Source: Cyanophora paradoxa CCMP329
Taxonomy: Eukaryota > Plantae > Glaucophyta
Reading direction: 5' to 3'
Length of the DNA stretch: 31,719 nt
Assembly (NCBI GenBank): GCA_004431415.1
Contig: QPMI01000351.1
Span: 1 to 31,719, forward strand
The notes under the pieces were generated by a model that saw only the letters and a program-made list of their open reading frames with translations, was not told the DNA's origin and made no database searches. Positions 1 through 11,105 of the stretch are shown one piece after another. The stretch's first letter is position 1, and each line of letters opens with the position of its first letter. The translations under genes were made by a program, and so were the position numbers.

Positions 1-182
1 AAGCGTACCGGAACGCGCCGTCTCCAGCCGACGGCAGCGCCAGCGCGCGATGCGCACTCAGCAGTAGGCCGGTCGAGCACAGACCGTCCAGCTTGCCCGC
101 CCTCCCCGCCCGACGCCCATGACCTGATGAATGTTGCTGCAGACAGCCCGCACGGCCCTCCATGAACCTCAGAGCATCCTCG
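1..182 (+). repeat. Direct repeat of 8491-8674 (may extend beyond the window start)
   Basis: 1-134 is identical to 8491-8625 apart from one missing C. 135-182 aligns with substitutions, then similarity ends. Confidence 0.95.
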
Positions 183-687
183 GATGTCTCACGTGCCTTA
201 AGCCTGCAGTCGAGCGGCGTGCTCGCTCAGGACACGGCTCTTGCCCAAATCGCCTGCCGGACATGCTCGCCCGAACCTCTGGACTGAATCGCTCGCCCTC
301 TTCGCGTGCCCGACTACATGTTGGATCGATATCACTATCCCGTGCGCTAGCTAACCTGTGCCCGCGCCGCGCCGCACAGGTCACGCGCGTGCGCACGTCA
401 TCAGCGCCAACGGTCACTTGGCGCCGAAACCTCGGAGTCGCTTCCAGCGTCTCTGGGCTCTTGTAGAATCGCTGGACTAGTAGGCGCATGCCGAGCCGCG
501 CTAGAGACGCCGCGGGACGACCACGGCGAACGAAGGGGGGGTATAGATCACACTCTCGGCCCCTTCCGTACGCGAGCAGCTCTAGCTCTGCACGCCCGGC
601 ACTGGCGTTCACGCACGCCAACCCCTTCCAAGCACTCGTGGCCATGCGGGACGACGCGATGCCTTCGGGAAGGGAAGGCGGGTCCGA

Positions 688-1395
688 GTGGCGCGGCGAC
701 CACGTTCTCCGCCGCCGGACCCACAGGGCAAGCGTAAAGCAGATCAGCAGCAGCCGGTGGCTCGCACGCCGGCGAAGCGATCGCGCGCCGAAGCCGGTGG
801 CTTACCTAACAACGTGAGCACGAACGCGCAGTTCTCCCGCCTGTACACAGCAAGTCTGATCTGCTCCCAACCACCGCAGGCCCTCGAACGGTCCCGCCAG
901 TCCAGATCACAGGAACCCGAAAGGCCCTCGATCGCTGAGCAACGGGTGCCGCACGCGACTCCTCACCAAAGATCGTTTCCTCGCGCTCATCGCCGACCAT
1001 CGCAGAACGCGGCGCGCTCGGATGCCGGCTCCAGGATGAAGCCTCTAGGCCACCCGACCGCGAACGTCGGGGTGCGCGTGTCGCGGCGTCCTCCCTTAGC
1101 CGCAGTGCACCGCCAACACGCGACGCAGCAATGGACGATGGAGACGGCGCGCGGGCGTGTCAGCTTCGGGGCATCGATAGCTGCGCCCGCGTCGCAGTGC
1201 ACAGTCTTTTCTGGCAAGACAGAGGCAGGATTCTTCGTCGTGTGCCCCGAGCAGCAGTCACTAGCTTCTCAGAAAGCTGCAGGCTCAGTAGATCTAGGTC
1301 CCTGTCTAGATCTAGTCGCAATGCATGGCCTCCCTCGTACTCCCCTCCTAGCCAAACGCCCGCCGAGCGAGAGGGACATACTGAGGGGACAATGA
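688..1395 (+). CDS. Possible C-terminal part of an ORF1, or tail of an upstream related element; low-complexity basic protein
   Basis: Open frame of 235 codons whose TGA (1393-1395) overlaps the ORF2 ATG (1392-1394). Basic RRPRSPPP/KRK/KRSR segments, and an NPFQAL motif nearby in another frame. No recognisable domain. Confidence 0.3.
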   Translation: MARRPRSPPPDPQGKRKADQQQPVARTPAKRSRAEAGGLPNNVSTNAQFSRLYTASLICSQPPQALERSRQSRSQEPERPSIAEQRVPHATPHQRSFPRAHRRPSQNAARSDAGSRMKPLGHPTANVGVRVSRRPPLAAVHRQHATQQWTMETARGRVSFGASIAAPASQCTVFSGKTEAGFFVVCPEQQSLASQKAAGSVDLGPCLDLVAMHGLPRTPLLAKRPPSERDILRGQ

Positions 1396-2430
1396 ACAAT
1401 AACGTGAACACGGCGGGGGGGGCGCAACAGGGCCGGGCCGCGCCCCGTATAATTGACCTCTTCCCGACGGACCTCTTCACCCACGCAAAGCTCGGCGCGC
1501 GGCCGCGCACGCTGAAGCGCCAATTCGACGCTAAGCAGGCCTGGCGGATCGCCACCTGGAACGCACGGTCGTGCTCGAGCGTGAACCACGTCGGCCACCT
1601 GCAAAAGTACATGAAGGACTGGGGGATCAGCGTCATGGGCGTCCAATCACTTAACTGTACCGCCGCGGCAGCCCGAGCGATGAGGCAGGCCATCGACGCC
1701 GGCGTCATGCTGACCTCGGTCCACCCTAGCGCGCCCCGCCGCGCCGAGCCGATGAAGAAAAAGAAGAAGAAGAAGAAGAACGACCCCAAGGAGCCGTCTG
1801 CGCGCGGGTCAGGCGTTGCGCTGCTGCTGTCCGCGGACATGGCGAAGCACTGCTTCCGCACCTACTCAATGCCGGGGCGAGTCGTCGGGTGCGAGCTGCG
1901 CTTCGCGGACAACGTGCAGGTCTTCGTAGCGAGCGTGTACCTGCCGCCGGGAGAAAGCCGCACCTCAGCGAACACGGAGAGCGCCCGGATCATCGAGTAC
2001 ATGCGAAACAACATCCTCGCCGACTGGGCGGCCCGACACAAGGCGCACCTGTTCCTGCTCGGTGACTTCAACAGCTGTGTCTGCCCGGCGACCGGCGGAT
2101 CCGCAACGCGCGCTACGCCAGCTCACACGAACCGGAGCATCGCTGGTGGAGAGAGCTTCTCAGCGAGAGCGCCTGGAACCTGCGCGACGCTGCGAAGCTG
2201 GCGGGCACGGACGATCAGATCACCTTCATCTTCCCCGACAAACAGCGCGGGCCGGACGAACCTGGGCCTGAGCCGCGAGGGATCACTGCGACGGGCACCT
2301 GCGGACAGCTGCTCGGCTCGACTACATTCTCCAGTCCACGGCAGCCGGGGCCGGACTCCGGGCAGTTCAGGTATCCCCCCGCCACGCGCCCTACGAGTCC
2401 GACCACTTCCCGGTACTCGCCGAGTACGAC
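1392..2430 (+). other. Apurinic/apyrimidinic-like endonuclease (APE/EEP) domain of ORF2
   Basis: ATWNARS (~1551), GSGVALLL, ASVYLP, LLGDFN (~2055-2072), frameshifted (S)RLDYI (~2315) and YESDHFPV (~2392-2415). Confidence 0.92.
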
Positions 2431-3469
2431 AGGCGCGGACTCGGCCTCCAGTTCTCGTCCGGCCCGCCGCCGCCCCCAGCGCCCGCCTAGGTTCCAGTAC
2501 GGAAAGCAAGCCGCTCTGACGAAAGTTCGGTTCAAGGAGCTCCTGGAGGCCAGCCTGAGCCGGACCAGCCCCGGCGCCGAATGCGTGGCAGCAATCCTCG
2601 ACGAAATCGAGCGGGACGCCGCCGCGCCGCCGCAGCAGCGCCTGACCCGCCTCAGCGCCGCGCTCGACGGGGCGCTCGATCGAGTCAAGGAGATCGGCCA
2701 GTCCGCGGACTTCGGCATGTACACGCCCGCACGCAAGACCCAAAAGTTCTCTCGCAGGGGCCGGCCAGAGTCGGCGCTGCTCACGCGCGCGCAGGAACTC
2801 CGGCGCACCTGGGCGGCGGCGCGACACGGACCCGACTCCACGCCTCGCCGAGTGAGACACGCGCTATCGGACCTCCGCCTCGCCATCTCAAACCATAACC
2901 GTCGCATCTCGCAGCTCCCCGTGGAGAAACGGTCCGGCTATAGTCTCCTCCCGGCTCCACCCCCCTCTCCTCCTTTCTCAGCGCCGCAGCCCCGCTGGCT
3001 CGAGCACTACGATGTGTTCCTGGCATGGGTCTCGGCGCTCGACAAGAAGGTCGACCTGCACATCCGCGGCTTCGAGACCAAGCGCATCCTGGCGAGCCGC
3101 GAACGCACGCGCCGCATGTTCAAAGTTGACCTCGCGCAGCACCTCCGACTGGTCCTGGAGGCGCCGGCTCGCCGAGGTATCACATCTTTCTCGTTCTTCG
3201 ATGGGCTCGAATACAAAGTGTATGACTCCGAAGAGCAAGTCTGTCCCTTTGCCCGCCAGCACATGCACGCCTGGACCAAGCGCAGAGCACCCCTAACGGC
3301 CTGCCTCGACCCGCTAGGTCTCCCGCTAAGCGAATGCGCCCGGGACCCCCGCCTCTGGCAGCGACTGCACGCGCCGCGGGACGACATAGATGCAGCCCTA
3401 TTCGATAGCCTACTGAATCGCACGGAGGACACGGAGCTGGCAGAATCATTGGCTCGCTGAGAAACGGGG

Positions 3470-4700
3470 CGGCAGGGCCCTCGGGCCTCTCGAATGAAAT
3501 GATTAAGATGCTGTGGAGTGACCCTGTCCTCCCCAGGAAAACGCTCGAAGAGCTGAAGAAAGCGGGCCTGGACACCTCGGCCCTCCAGTCCGAAAACAGA
3601 ACGCCAACCTGCAGGCGGCTTCTACTGGTGACGGTCAACCTGATTCTAGAGCTCGGAGCTGTTCCTGAACCTCTGCTCTACGGAAATATCTGCCTGATCC
3701 CGAAGAGCGGAGAATGGGACGGGCACCCTGACAACGTCAGACCGATAACACTGCAAGAATGCGCCCTGAAACTGGTCACAGCTCTTCTCACGGATAGACT
3801 CTCCAGGATCATCCGAAAGAACGAACTACTGAAGGGCGCAAACTACGCCTTTACACGTGGTAAATCGACGGACGAGCCGCTCTACATGATGCGCGCATTA
3901 CTTGAAGATGCGAAACAGTTCTCTAAACCGATCTACCTGCTCCTCCTTGACATCCGTCGAGCCTACGACAGCGTGAGCTGGCCCAGCATGGCGATGGCCC
4001 TCCGCCGCCTCCGCATCCCTGAGAAGTACATTCAGCTGTACGAACAGCTCACGACGCGGCGCAAGGCATCGGTCCTCACGGGTACGGCCCCACCGAACCG
4101 TTCGATGTCGAGTGCGGGCTTCCCCAGGGGGTACGGAATCGCCTATCCACTGGCTCATCTTTTACGATGTCTTCCTTACGGCCCTGCGCGAAGTCAGCGC
4201 GGCGGAGGGTACAACATACCGCATGGGGCCCGGGATCGCACCTCGCCCGGCCCCCCCGCCAGCTCACCGCCTCCGGGCTCACCTCCCCGACGTTGACTCG
4301 CCAGGGCAGGCCTACGCGGACGACACCGTGCTCATCAGCTCGTCCGCGCGGGGGGTACAACTGCATGCGGACCTGGTATCGGAATTCTTCTGGATCCACG
4401 ATATCGCCCTGAACGCGAAGAAGACTGAGTTCACTTATAACAACGTATCTCCCGAGCCCAAACCGCCCCTCCTTGGCCCGCCCGGGGCCAAGGAGCGTGC
4501 GCACCACGTCCTGCCCCCGACGAAGCCCTTCAAGTTCCTGGGGGTCTGGTTTACCGCGGACCTAAATTGGAGGCATCAGTTCGAAGCGGTCTACACGATG
4601 GCGCAGACCGCCTGCGCGATCCTAAAGAAAAAGAAGCTCACCGCAAAGGAAGCAGTGTACATCGTGAACAGCGTACTCATCCCGCGCATCACGTACGCCT
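3470..4700 (+). other. Non-LTR reverse transcriptase domain of ORF2
   Basis: LIPK..NVRPITLQE, LLLLDIRRAYDSV, frameshifted GFPQG(G)TESP, QAYADDTVL (~4307-4335), LNAKKT, FKFLGVW. Confidence 0.97.
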
Positions 4701-6117
4701 GCAAGGTTGTCGCGTACACCGAGCGCCAGTGCGCCCAGATAGATACCCTGTGGATGACGCTAGTCAAGCATCAGGCGCGCCTCCGCCGCTCGGCGCCCAA
4801 CGCCCTAATATGGAGCCGCGGATTCTATGGGCTGAAGCGCCTGGCAGACGAGCAGCTCGCCATACACGTCCTAGACGAAACAATCCGCGCGAACCACCCG
4901 ACGCTTCGCCCGTATCTCCTCCACCGCGTGTTCGCGGCGCAGGAAAAGCTATGCCTTCCTCTCCCCCGTACTGCTATCCGAACCTAGATCCAGGCCCGAC
5001 CCTCCGGCGCGATCATCTAGCCCTCGCTATAGCCCGAAATATGAATGCGGAGGGCTACATCCTCGACTCGGGAAGGTCGCACCTGACTCCGGCCCTCCCG
5101 CATCCTCGACTCGAACGAAGATTCGTCCTCACTACGCTTCTACCGCCAGCCCTCCTCCGCAGCGCCGCGCCGTTCCTGTGGGAACACGATCTGCTGACGG
5201 CGGCGGACATCACGGGCCCGGACGGGCGCACCGTTCTGGACTGGGCGAGCCTCTGGGGCAGCGGCCGCGTCCGCCAGCGTCTCGGCCGGGCGCCGTCGTG
5301 GTTCCCAGACTTCCTCCGCGCAATCTGCGAGCCCGTCCCGCCGAGGAAGCTCCCACGCTCCCTGCGCTTCCCCATGCACGTGCTCAAGCAGGGGGCGCGG
5401 CGCCAGCAGACGCTTTTCGAAGCGAACCTGATGAGCCCGCCGTACGTGGAGGGACAGTTCGCCTGGCACCCGCAGGGCTACCTGACGCGCATCGTTAGCA
5501 AATGGGAGGAGCGCGATGAAGACGATGGGCGCCTCCGCGTGTACGTCCGCCTGGAACATTGGATCTGGCGCGACCGCACGATCCGCGACGGCGACGGGGA
5601 GGGCGCCGCCCGATTCTACAAGTGCACGATGCTCAAAGATGAGTGCGATGCGCGGTACACGACGGACGATGCGACAGCCAAGGCGGCGCGCCAGCGCTGC
5701 GACCACTCTGAGCCGGAGTCAGGCGCCTGCCAGTGGACCGAGGACTCTATCCACATTCACCCGGCCGCCTCCTCGAGCTAATCACCCCGGCGACCCGCAC
5801 GCGGAAGCACGAACCGTACGCGGTTGTGAAGCTAGAGAGTCAGGAGTGGTGGACCGAGTTCCGCACGACGCTCTTCCTTCCTCCGTGGGAACGCGATTGG
5901 GATTACGAAGCGGATCCCTCCGCGCAGCCCCAGCCGCCGTCGGGCTACAAGCAACGCCGCCCGGGTACAGTGCCACCGCGCACCGCACCGCCTGTATACC
6001 CGGATCGCCAGCCTCTCGAGCACTTTCTCATCGACCCGGAGCCCCTAGCCGACCCGTTCTGGAACCTCGTAGCCCAGGAGCTTCGCCGCGAGGAGCTCCC
6101 CGCTGCCCGGCCCCCGA

Positions 6118-7135
6118 GAGTGGCGGCGACCGATGCCAGCACAACGGGGTTCGGATCCGAGGCGGCGCTAACGGCTTACGCGGGTGTCTGGACCCGGACC
6201 ACGAGCAGAACGCGGCGCACTCCCCAGCGGATCGGCAGCGGGAAGCCCAGCGCCGCAGCGAAGGTATACAGCTGAAAAACCAGCTGCTGCGTGAAGCCGA
6301 TGCATGCGCAGAAGATGACGCCCCACAGGCGGCGGCCCTGCGGAGCTCGCCGAAGCCATCCCCACGGACGGCAGCGACTTCTTTGTCGCCCCGTGCCCGG
6401 GCACTGTCAACAACAACAAAGGCGAGCTCCTCGCCGTCCTCACGGCCTTCTTAAAGTCGCCCGAGGGCTGCACAGTTAAGACAGACAGCTCGACGGCGAT
6501 GTCACTCATCCGCCGCTCTGTCCTGCACCGCGCTGACTCGACGGTCCGCAGCGGCCTTCGCACCAACTTCTCGCACCATCTGCGAGCGGCTGCAGAAGTC
6601 CATCAGCACCGCAGAGCCCTCGCCGCCGCCGCCGGAAGGCCACCCGCCGAGGTCCGCGTACAGAAGGTGAAGGCGCATCAGAAAGAGTACACTGACCGGC
6701 CTGCGCCTGTCGCCCCGGCAGAGCCCGAGACGGACAGCGATGCGGACGACTCCGGATCGTACGTGTCCTACCTCTCCGCCCCGGACGACCTCCCCCCCGA
6801 GCCCTCTGACGCCGAGCTGTACACAAGGGACAAGGGGTGTACGCCGGGCGCCCGAACCCGCTTTCGGGCGCTTATAACTACCTGTCCGAGCACATCCGTG
6901 CGCGCACTGCTCACCTCCGCCGCCGCGAGACTCGACGCATTCTCCACCAGATCGAACGTCAGACCCGCAAGGCGCGCCGGGAGGAACGCCAGCGCCGTCG
7001 AGACGCGCTCGCGGCTCTCGGGCCCCACGTTCCCGCCCTCGCCGGCCTCCCGATCGCCCAACGCATGGAGAGGGTACTGAATGATGCGTACGACCGGGAT
7101 AACCACCGAGCCGACCGCCTCGCCGCAGCGGCGCT
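6118..7135 (+). other. RNase H domain of ORF2, with a large insertion
   Basis: VAATDAS (D1, ~6131), NNKGELLAVL (E, 6424), VKTDSSTA (D2, ~6484), VQKVKAH (~6658-6678), NHRADRLA (D3, ~7101-7124). Confidence 0.85.
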
Positions 7136-7664
7136 CGCCCTGCACCCCTGCGCCCCGTTCTCCAAGGTCTGCAGCGATGGCCACGGCCTCAATGCCTGGG
7201 CTGACGTCGAGAGCGCCACCTGGCAGGCAGATCCCGCAGTCGCATCCGACCCCGCCGTCTCGGCTGCCGCAAAACGTGCATGGCTAGCACGGCGTGAGCC
7301 CCTCTTTCCCCCCGGCGGGTTCGAGTTCGTCCTCCTCTTCTCACCCCCCCGCAGGAGCCTGGAGGGGTACGACTCCAGCAGAGCGTACCGCGTCGAGTCC
7401 GACCCCCGGGCCCACGTCCGCGCCGTCTGCGAAATGCGTAACTTCGTGCGGCTGACGTCGCTTGAATCCTCGTGGCTCGGCGCCCCGGCCGACCGGGCAC
7501 GGCTCGCGCGCGAATTCCGTAAGCAAGGCGCCTCCCGCGACGCGTCAGCCCCGTTCAATGCCCGCCTTGCGCAGCTCACCAAATTCAGCATGGAACTCGC
7601 GCCCCTCCTACCTGTCCGTGCCCGCGATGCCCCACACCTCTACGGCAACATCAACCCGCAAGGC

Positions 7665-7845
7665 CTGTGCGTACGCCCTGGGTGCGCTCGCGTCGCCGAC
7701 GCCTCCGGCGGCCCCATCCCGGCACCCCCCTGGGCACCGAGGCGCGACCCAGGAGCCGCCGCAACCGCAGACCGCGACCCCCCGCCGGCGCTCCACAGCG
7801 CGAGTCAACCCGAGACCCACGACCACGCCTTCGGCCTTTGTTCGG
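7665..7845 (+). other. CCHC-type Cys/His finger of LINE ORF2, with a long spacer
   Basis: LCVRPGC ... ETHDHAFGLC. Followed downstream by IWQARN (~8285), resembling the IWxxRN motif of L1-group ORF2 C-termini. Confidence 0.65.
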
Positions 7846-8929
7846 CATCGCAAGCGCCCGGCTCGCTATGCAATCCAAGATTTACAACCTCCTCCACACA
7901 ACGATCACCACGCAGAGACTAAAGTCGGCCGCAACGAGGTACGAGCTCCGGACGGCCTGAAGTCGGACGGCCTGTTCCTCCGCGACCTATTTCCCGCCTT
8001 CGCCCTCGCTGACGAACGCCGCTGGCGTCAGACCGTGCACGAACGCTCGCGACCCGGGCCTGTACCCCCCACCTCCGTGCCTGTCTCTACGGCTCCCCCT
8101 CCCGCTGGCTGACTCACGGACAGGCCCTTTTCACCGACCTCTCGCACGACTCGCCCCGCCTGTCCGTCCGGCTGCTCCTCCCCGCAGTCTGGTCCCGGCC
8201 CTCGAGTACCTTCATGTCCGCGCCCCCGCTGCTCGTAAATGCGCGAACGGGATCTTTGATGTACTTGTGACTGGGCTCCAGGAGATTTGGCAGGCGCGAA
8301 ACTCGGACGTCCAAGCCTGGCAGCGCCGCTGTGGCCTCAAGCGTCGGACTCTGACGGCGCCCCGACCCCCGCCAGCAACAGACCCCGCGGCCCGCCGAAG
8401 AAGCCGCCGCGCCCGGGAGACACGCCCCCAGCCGGACCCGAACCCGCAGCCCGCACCCGTAGTGCCGGTCAGTAGTATTCCGGTACCCCCAAGCGTACCG
8501 GAACGCGCCCGTCTCCAGCCGACGGCAGCGCCAGCGCGCGATGCGCACTCAGCAGTAGGCCGGTCGAGCACAGACCGTCCAGCTTGCCCGCCCTCCCCGC
8601 CCGACGCCCATGACCTGATGAATGTCGCCGCAGACAGCCCGCACAGCCCGCCCACGAACCCCAAAGCAACCTCGCGATCGGACGCCCCTCCCGTGAGCTC
8701 AGCCCCCAGCTTAACCCTCCACCCCCCTGAGCCCCCAGCGCCTCACCCGCCGGAGCCCCGGCACTCACCCTTGCCCGCGGCCCCGACCCGCCCGCAGCCC
8801 AGCCCGTGGCCCCCCCTGCCGCCGTCCGAAGAGGTCCGCCTAGCGTGGGCACAGACCCGACCCGGCCCGCTAAAGCCTGCGCAGGAAGTACTCCGACAGA
8901 TCTCCTCGCCGCTGCTCGGTACCTCGGGC

Positions 8930-9550
8930 AGCATCAACGTCACGAGGAGATCTCTCAGTCGGCTCAATGGTGAGACCTGGTTAGACGACGAGACCGTTGT
9001 CTTCTACCTCGCCCTCCTCGCCCAACTCCCTGCCCTGGCCCGCCGTCCACTAATCTTTGACTCGCTTGAGTACCCTAACCTCTCCGCGCCAGGCCGAGGC
9101 CCCCAGCGCCTTCACAACAAGCTGGTAGCCCGCGGGGTCAGCCCGTTCGACTTCGATGTTCTGCTCTTCCCGATCCACTCACCGGGCCACTGGACCTTCG
9201 CTGCGATCCACGTACGTGACCGTCGAGCCGAACTCTATGATGCCTACAACCTGCCAAACGCAGAGTCGGCTCGAGAGAAGCTGGCCCCGATTCTCCGCTG
9301 GCTCCAGCTCGAGCGCCGGGAACGCAACCTTCCCTCAGACGACCCCACCGCCTGGCCGCTTGCATCGGCCACCAGGTACCCCATCCCCGAACAACGGGAC
9401 CGCTTCAGCTGCGGTGTAATTGTCTGTGCCCTGGCAGACGCCCTGGTCCGGGGCCAAGAAGACGCGCTCACGGACCCCAACTCGCCCTTCGATGGCAGCA
9501 GTCGGTGCTGCGCCCACTGGCGCAGCCTCATCCTCACCCGAATCCTAGCC
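8930..9550 (+). other. Ulp1/SENP-like cysteine protease (peptidase C48, clan CE) domain
   Basis: LSRLNGETWLDDETV (W 8978), LLFPIHSPGHW (His 9188), LYDAY (Asp 9239), PEQRDRFSCGVIVC (Gln 9392, Cys 9410). All lie in the uninterrupted ORF 8267-10087, in frame with the IWQARN motif. Confidence 0.92.
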
Positions 9551-11105
9551 ACAAGCCAACGGCCCCCAGCACCCGGACCCGGCCCCAGAGGTCCGCCCCA
9601 GCCCCCTCCGGCTCCGGCTCCACCCCCGCCGCCGCGAGCCCGGACCCCCCGCCCCCCCACGCCCCGCCCCGCCCCCGCCTCGCCTCGCCCACCTCCGACA
9701 GGCCGACCGGAGGCGACAGGCCCTTCCTCCCGACTAGGTGCCGGCACAGCTCGACCCGGCAAGGGCCGTGGCAAAGGTCGCGGCAGAGGACGACCGTGGC
9801 GATGCGCCCCCTCCAATCCTACTTCCGGTCCGCGGTCGGTCTCTCCCCCGTTCCCCCGGCCCCGACTCGCAACTGCCCCTCCCCCTCCGGACTCCCCGCC
9901 GCCCCCGCCCCAGCGGACCCTCCGCCACCCCCGGCCCCCTCCCCTCGCCCGCCCGACCGGCCCTCCACCGTCCCCCGGCCCCGTCTCCCCCCCCTTCCCC
10001 CCAGCCCCCTCCCCCCACACCCCCAGCCTCCTCCCCTCCCCGCAGCCCAGCCCCGCTACCCCGCCGCCTCACGCGCCGCGAGCGTGAGCTGGCCGCCCTC
10101 CGTGACTCGGCCGGCTTCACCTCCGCCCGCAACAATCTTCTTGCACGTGGAGACCGCGGAGCCCGACGTGCAGGTCCGGCTGTCCCAGCCCCTGATCCAC
10201 AGGACCGCCCCCCCCGGACTCCCCCGCCTCGGCGAGCCTCTCTGACCCCCCACACCGCCGTCACCCGTCGAACCGCAAGACCGGCCCCGCCCCGCCAGCC
10301 CCGCGCCCCCGCCGCCGGCCCCCCACCACCGCCGGCACCGCCCTCGGTCCCCGCACCACCGCCCCCATTCGAGTTTTCCGCCCGCGCGCGCCAGCTCCAC
10401 CCCGAGGCACTCCCGCCCCCAGACCGATGTCCCCTCTGCCTACACCCCTGGGCCGTCACCGCCGCCTCCACCGAGCCCCGTACCCCTTCTCTGCCCCCAA
10501 GGTACCACCCCTGCTCCACCGCGGCGACCTCATCCAGTCCCTCCTCATCTTCGGCCTCTCCCCGCTGGGCTACAGACCCTGAGCCCAAAGTGTGCACTCC
10601 CTGCCCGCGCGCGCCGGGCTGACGCCACGCTCGCGCTTGAGAGGCCCACTCCTGGAGGAGAGCAGGCCCCTCGGGCGTGGCCTGCCTGCCCGCGCCAGGT
10701 CCGGTCCCGCCGCGCAGGTGCAGGCTGCCACGCCGCTGGCAGCCTGCAGGGCGGGACCCGCCGCCGGATGGGGGCCCCAACCCTCCCCCGGGGCCCCGCG
10801 CCCGGCGGCGCTCGCACCGCAGAGGCGGTGCGCAATAAATCCTCCGGGGCCCTGCCCCAATAAACTCTCCGGCCCCAGCTCCCCACCCCAACCCCACCCC
10901 CCAATGGCCGCGCTCGCGCGGCCGCTGGGGAGGCCCCACCGAGGGCCGCAAGAGTGGCCTTAGGGGTAGGGCTCGCAGTAGGGAGATTCCCTCGGGTTAG
11001 TCTAGCTGGAGACCCAATAGGGGGAGTAAGCTAGACTTGTCGTGTGTTTGTAGGCTTAGGCCTAGGGTAGGCAGATAGCATTAGCTGTTTGTCAACTTGG
11101 GGCAC

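Larger units (their letters stand above)
1392..10622 (+). pseudogene. ORF2 polyprotein (~3000 aa when frame-corrected), interrupted by numerous 1-nt frameshifts (decay or sequencing error)
   Basis: Domain motifs are colinear but jump between frames across ORF-track fragments 1131-2519, 2585-3460, 3499-4296, 4112-4987, 4567-5781, 5733-6275, 6499-7080, 6837-7922 and 8267-10087. The end at 10622 assumes a further frameshift into ORF 9738-10622 and is uncertain. Confidence 0.8.

Noticed and set aside
120-170. Hammerhead ribozyme core (CTGATGA at ~124 and ~8615)
   Set aside because: No properly placed GAAA or flanking stems; the sequence reads as codons.
1325-1392. HDV-like ribozyme before ORF2 (also considered at 11145-11255)
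   Set aside because: Some complementary segments exist, but I could not build the nested P1/P2/P3/P1.1 topology.
7920-8010. Restriction-like endonuclease (Dualen/RandI-type) after the Zn finger, suggested by RAPDG
   Set aside because: No convincing downstream (D/E)xK or KxxKY motifs.
1-8674. LTR pair formed by 1-182 and 8491-8674
   Set aside because: The RT is non-LTR type with APE and a poly(A) tail, there is no integrase, and the second copy lies inside the ORF.
10835-10865. Two AATAAA hexamers as the poly(A) signal
   Set aside because: They lie about 270-300 bp upstream of the A tail, too far for canonical spacing.
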